From the NCBI RefSeq assembly GCF_009914755.1, contig NC_060932.1: DNA of 64,000 nt; one strand, 5' to 3'. The translations under genes and the position numbers were made by a program. The stretch comes from the human T2T-CHM13v2.0 reference genome, Homo sapiens. This document shows, piece by piece, positions 57,562-64,000 of this stretch. The notes beneath the pieces are model-generated. The model saw only the letters and a list, made by a program, of their open reading frames with translations, did not search any database and was not told the DNA's origin. The first letter of the stretch is position 1. Each line of letters begins with the position of its first letter.

Positions 57562-58117
57562 CTTAGATGCTACCTCACCACAGCTTCAGATTAATTTTAT
57601 CACTTTTGCAGATGGGAGTGTGCCCTAGAGAAGAAAAACTGGGACAACTGTGTCTCAGTACTTGCTCTTCCATAAACTTCACTGTGATCCTGAATAAGCT
57701 GCAGCATCTCTCTAGATCTCAGCCTCCTCATATGTAAAATTTGAAGCTTGCTCTAAGTCAGTAAATACAAGCCATGCAAAGCCTGTCCAGGGAGTGGGAG
57801 CCCAGGATGAGTAGAAAGGTCTCTGGAATCCCCATTCACTTTCAAAAAACAGCTCTTGGAAGCAGACTGTGGTCGTGAATCCATTCTAGTTCTAGTATTT
57901 CATGATTGTAGAACTCCGTTGATATAGACCAATACAAAACCACAACAAAAGATCAGGATATTCCATGTGTCTCCACAGCATTGACCCTAAATGGAAACCT
58001 ATGCTGCTAAGTGTAGGCTAAATACTGCAAAAAGCCTCTCCCCTAAGATATGGAGCAGGTACCCCAAGTTTTACCATGCAAACCCTCCACAACAACAAAA
58101 CTGCATACATTGTTAAG

Positions 58118-58489
58118 TGATACGGTTTGGCTGTGTCCCCACCCAAATTTCATCTTGAATTGTAGTTCCTGTAATCCCCATGTGTCATGGGAGGGACCAG
58201 TGGGAGGTAACTGAATCATGGGAGCAGTTTCCCCCAGGCTACTCGTGTGATATTAAGTTCTCGTGAGATCTGATGGTTTTATAAGGCCCTTCACCTTCAC
58301 TTGGCTCTCATTCTTCTCCTTCCTGCCACCATGTGAAGAAGGACGTGTTTCCTTCCCCTTCTGCCATAACTGTAAGTTTCCTGAGGCCTTCCCACCTCTG
58401 CGGAACTGTGAGTCAATTAAACCTCTTTCCTTTATAAATTACCCAGTCTTGGGCAGTTCTTTATAGCAGCATGAGAATGGACTAATACA
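58118..58489 (+). mobile_element. THE1 solo LTR (THE1C/D-like)
   Basis: tgatacggtttggctgtgtccccacccaaat...gagaatggactaataca. Confidence 0.92.
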
Positions 58490-60792
58490 TCAGTAAGACT
58501 GGAGGGAAGATGGCAGAAGAAAGCCCTGTTCTTTCCTCTCTATTTAGGAAGCAGAACTAATTAGCCCCACTGACCTACCTTTGAGTGTCTCAAAAGAGAA
58601 ACTCGACACTTGCCCCCACTACTTCTTTGGCATCAGGTAAACCGCTCTATCCCTTTTGCCTTACTATGTGGCAAACCCAGTGGGGCAGAGCTCACCTCTG
58701 CTCCTTTAGTTCTGATTTCACAGCCTGTAATATGGTTAGGCTGGGGAGCTCAGCAGGCTTGGTGGCCACTCAGGTCCCAGTCACATTCTCCAGTATAACT
58801 TTCTGCAGGTGCCTTGCACTCTGCATTACACAGCAGAGGCTTGACTTCATTTCACTCAGCTCTCTGCTCTGTGTATACACTCCTCTAGCCAGAACATTAC
58901 AGAAGGGTAGGGGTTATAAATCAGGTCCCAAAGTCCACCTTGTACTGGCAATCATTACCATGATCCCTGTAATTTAATTTCCTCACCTTACAACCAGCCT
59001 AGAAGCTAGATGTTACCAAGTCCCTGCTCTCCTCCAGGAAGCAATGCTTGGGAACTGGTATCCCTGGGCATCAGGGCCAGCTGAGTAGTGATGGGAAGGA
59101 GCTCTAAGTTGCCAGGCAGTGTGTGCTAGGCAGTCCTGATATCATGATGATTAAGACCCCTCGAGGGGTTCATCATCCAGTAGGGGAAACAGATACACAA
59201 AATATTGGCTAAAACATTTTTTATAAAATACTATATGTCTCCACAGAGCTGTGTACAAAGCAGTACAGGATCAGAGAGGAGGGAAGAGTCTGTATCAAAC
59301 ATGCTAAATTATAATGCAAGAAATCCTTGTTGGGTGATGGAAATGGGGTGATAAACTACGGTGGTTGTTACACAAGTGTGCAAAGTTACAAACATTGGTG
59401 TAGCATAAAATTGGTACACTTAAGTGGGTGAATTTTATGGCATAAAAATTACACCTCAATAAAGCAGTTTAAAAAATAAAGGTGGTGGTTGAATGCAGGG
59501 GCAGAACACTAAGGTGGCTCACATCTCAATACTGTGATCAGATGATTGCAGGAAAATAAAGCGAAGAATGAACTTATAAAAAATGTGCTGAGTTATCATG
59601 GGGTTTCTATTATACCACATCACATTATACCACGAGGCAGGATGAGTCTAAAATGGATCTTTGTCACTTACCAAAAATAAAAAAGAAAGCATGTAGTTAA
59701 ATTTTAAAATTCTGCTGAAAATATGAATTGCATTCTATTCTCTAAAAATACCTTATTTTGACACAGGAATCCTAAAAGTAAAAAAGAGACTATGCTTTAT
59801 TAAAAATGTTAGGCTTCATCACTAGCCTTTTAATACCAAGAAAAATGCTGCCAGATATGAGAAAGATGTAGGCTAGTAACTTGGCTTTCTAAATAAAGGA
59901 TCTGACCATATGTACAATGACTGTAGTATGCTTTCCAAACCAAGACAAACTTAACCAATGGTTAAAAAAGTTTCTGAAAATACACTGGGGTCAAGCCACA
60001 TGTTAGGTATTCCCAAAAGATCTATTGGAAAATTTTTAAGGGGCAACTAAAAATAACTTCCTTGAGTATTCTTGATCTGGCTAAATTTTCTCACCTTTAA
60101 AAAATATACATATATGTATAAATTATAATGTACGAGTACATAAATGCTCAATGAAACAACTACTGTCTAAAATGCTCCTCATATACACATTAAAAATCAT
60201 TCAGAAACTATATTTATTATATATCATCTTGTATCATTCCTCATCAAACATCAAGCACTTAGCAATTGATATAGAGGATATAAGATTCTCTATCCTTAGC
60301 ATACTAAGAAAAATGCTTTCTTTACATCCCAGCCTCCATAATTCTTTGCTCCTCAGTGATTCTAAAAATGCTTTAGGACAAGTAGGCTACTAACATAATC
60401 ACATTCCATCTGCTCACCAACCTGTCTGCTCTGAATATTCTGAAGATAATGTGAAATGAAGATAACAATATTTGTAAAGTACATAACTTTCATCATATTT
60501 AGAAATATTTAAGCTTTTCACAATAAAACCCTTAAAATTTCTAAGTATCCATCTCAATCTCATTATCAAGAGAAATGCCACTTAGACATGAAGCAAACAA
60601 TGTATTGTCATTTTTTAAAAAAATTTGGCCTTTTAAAGCTAAGAACTGGGTGGCAAATCTTTCCAGTTTCCTATACACCTGAGTTCAGCTGAGAAAACAA
60701 GTACTTAAATCTTAAGTGTGAGCTCAGATTAAGTATGAGATATGCTTTAGGTTCTTGATAAAATTACATTTCACAGAGCCATATGAGAGAGC

Positions 60793-62999
60793 TGTCCTAG
60801 TCCATTTTGTGTTGCTAAAACAGAATTCCACTGGCTGAGGAGTTTATCACGAATGGTGACTTATTTCTTACAGTTCTGGAGACTGGGAAGTCCAAAGTCA
60901 AGGGTCCTGAATCTGATGAGGGACTCCCTTGCTACATCATCCCATTGTGGAAGGTGCAAGGGCAAGAAAGTGTGAGAGAGGAAGAGGGCTGTGAACTTGG
61001 TTTTATAAGAAACCCACTCCTGCAGTAACAACCTTAATCCACTCATAGCCCTCATGACCTAAGCACCTCTTATGAAGCCTTGCCTAATGGTTGGGGGACA
61101 TATTCAAACCATAGTATTCTGTCTGTGGCCTCTGAAATACATTCATTTCATCACAGTGACCCCAGTTTTAACTCTTTCTAGCACCAACTCAGAAGTCCGA
61201 AGTCCAAACTCTGACCTAAATCAGATACAGGTCAATTTGAGGCATGATTCATCCTTAGGCAAATTTCCCACCAGCTGTGGGCCTGTGAAATCAAACAAGT
61301 TATCTACTTCAAATACTATGGTGAGACAGACATAGATGCTCCCATTCCAAAAGGGAGAAATAGGCAAGAAAAAAGAATGAACAAAACCCAACTCCAAAAC
61401 CAAATAGGGAAAACAACATTAAGACTTAAAGCTGGAGAATAGTTTCCTTTGATGTCCCAAATCCTGAAAACACTGGAATTGGGGTTGGGCCCCCAAGGCC
61501 TCAGGCAGCCCCAATCCTATGACTTCACTGGGCTTAGACGACCCAGCAGCTGTCATGGAATATCCCACATCTTTTGAAATCTAGGTAAAGAAAGCCATGC
61601 CTCTACAGCTCTTACATTCTGTGTGCCTGCAGAATTAGCACCACATGGATGCTGCTAAGGTTTATGGCTTGTATTTCCTAGAACAGTGGGCTAAGCTGTA
61701 GCTAGGCCGGCTTACACCACGGCTGGGGTAGCCAAGGAATGCTGTGCCAGAATGTGGGGAGCAGAGAACTGAGGGGGCTCTGGTGGAGAGCACCCTGGGC
61801 CCATCCCTTGAAACCATTCTGCCCTCCTACACCTCTGGGACTGTGATGGAATGGGCAGCCTCAAAGATCTCTGAAATGTTTTCAGGGGTCATTCTCCCAT
61901 TGTCTTGATCTCTTGTATCCATAACAATATCTTTGCAAATGGTTGCTTGGCCACAACTGTGGTTTGCTTTCCCAAGCATGCTTTATCATTCTTTGTAAGG
62001 CCAGGCTGAACATTTTCAAAATCTTTCTTCTGCTTCTCCTTTAATTATCGTTCTATCTTTAAGTCATTCCTCTCATATCTTACTGTATGTGGTTAAAAGT
62101 AGCTACTTAGCTCCATCAACATTTTGCTTTGAAATTTATTGCACCAGATATCTTAGCTCCTTGCTCATAAATTCTGCCTTCCCTAAAGCCCTTGGACAAG
62201 AATACAATTCAGCCAAGTTCTCTGTGACTTTATTACAAGGACAGTCTTTACTCCAGTTTCAAATACCTTGTTCTTCATTTCTACCTGAGACCTCATCAAA
62301 ATGGACTTTACTATGCATGTTTCTACTAACATTCTAATTATGATCACTTAAGTAATGTCTAAGAAGTCCCAGATGGTCCTTAAATTTCTTGTCTTCTCCT
62401 GAGCCCTCACCCAACTGCCCACAATGCTCCGTTTGCAGCAGTCTAGGCTTTTTCTAGCATTCACTTCATAACTGTCCCAGCTTCTGTGGATTACCCAATT
62501 CCAAGGCCCCTTCCACATTTTCAGCTTATTGTTATAGCAACAGCCCTAATTCTCGGTACCAATCTTCTGTCGTAGTCTGTTTTGGGTTGCTGTGAAAGAA
62601 TTCCACAAACTGCATAATTTAAAATGAACAGAGATTTATTTCTTACAGTATTGGAGGCTGGAAGTTCAAAGTCAAGTAAGGGGCCTGCATCTGATGAGGG
62701 CCTCCTTGCTGGGGTCTTCTCTAACCCCCACCTGCTCTCTTGTGCTTTGCTGCCCTTCTCCTAGTAAGGCAGAAGGTCAAGAAAGCGCAAGAGAGCGAGT
62801 TGGGGATCACAGTTGCTTTTAAAACAAAACTACTCTCACGATAACTAACCCACTCCCTTGATAACATTAATCCATTAATTAGGGCAGAGCCCTTTTCCCT
62901 TATGACCTAACAGTCTCTAATTAGGTGTTACCTCCTAACACTGCATTGGGGATTAAGTTTCTAGCACATGAACTCTGGGGACATGCTGACACCATAGCA
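60793..62999 (-). mobile_element. Complete MaLR element (MSTC/MSTD-like): 5'LTR 62568-62999, internal 61117-62567, 3'LTR 60793-61116
   Basis: Two related reverse LTRs flank an MST-type internal region ending ...ggtaccaatcttc; TSD agagc/agagt. Confidence 0.85.
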
Positions 63000-64000
63000 A
63001 GAGTCTTCCTTAATTCTAACCACTGAAAATCTTTTTCCTTTAAATACCAAAATCCAGAAGATTAATTCATGTTCAATATCATTTTTAGCTAACAATTTTT
63101 TAATTTAAAAATACTTTACTGTAGAAAACTCTAATAATCAATAGCTAACAAAATTAAGTGGTCTCAACTCTTTAGTTCAATATTTCCTTCAAGTTAATGG
63201 TCAATTTTTCATAACTATGGCATTTCTGTTTCTTTTCTTACAGTCAGGGTGTCTTTGCTGAATATAAATAGAACAATCAAACCAATAATATCCTTTACAT
63301 AACCACTATACATATATAGATTTAACCTTAGTTATTCTTCGTATAGATTGTCTTGTAAGTTTGTTATGCTAGTACTAACATTAGCATTATTATTTTACCA
63401 AGAGTCCAGCGTGACACAGTATCTGCCATGTTAGGAATTTGAGTACAGTGAAACAGAGAGCAATGACAATGAGAACACTAAATCTCATTCTAGAATTTCA
63501 ATGAGGTGTAATGAGTATCTAGAAAAGTCATTTAATTGTATGAGCACCTCAAGTGGAGAACTGAGTTTTATTCCTTCTGTTTCTCCCAACAATAAATGAA
63601 TGCATTATTCCTTCTTTGTAGTCAAATATCTCGTGCAAATAATTTTATCAGTTTTTCCATGGTGAGTTGTCTCTACCTATGACCCTAAATGCCAAGCTCC
63701 CTACCTCTCTCTGCACACACTCAAATTAAATTTTTGGTTATATATTTAAAATATATGTTTTATCTATACCATTGTCCAGCTTAATATTTTACCAAGAGTC
63801 CAGTATGATGTAGTTTCTGCTGGTTAGGAATGTGAGTATAGTCCCATAGACAGCAATGACACTGAGAATGTTATTCTAGTATTTCAAGAGGCACAATAGC
63901 AACTTCTTCTTGCCTTAGTTTTCTTGTTAGTAATGATTGCCAACCTACAGATGGCTACATTGAAGTTTAAAATGAAAATTACTTTCATTTTAAAGTTCCC

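Overview
Human (AluYa5-bearing) genomic DNA lying entirely inside the PSD3 (EFA6R/EFA6D, ARF6 GEF) gene, which is transcribed on the minus strand. Only two coding exons are present: 194 nt at 50381-50574 and 71 nt at 18150-18220, separated by a 32,160-nt intron. Spliced together they encode the Sec7-PH linker and the start of the PH domain. The rest is intronic and rich in transposable elements: about 15 Alus, a near full-length old L1M with nested insertions, L1PA 3' fragments, two complete MaLR (MST) elements, a dense cluster of eight ERV1-type solo LTRs, Tigger-derived DNA transposons, and L2/MIR remnants. A full-length decayed TMA7 processed pseudogene sits antisense at about 8966-9392. 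I found no evidence of a new multi-gene system. The best leads are the TMA7 retrocopy, the ERV1 LTR hotspot (including an AP-1-bearing LTR10), a young AluYa5, a sense/antisense asymmetry in LTR poly(A) signals, and a few unexplained palindromes and duplications. Repeat subfamily names come from my recall of consensus sequences, not from a RepeatMasker run, and boundaries of old repeats are approximate.
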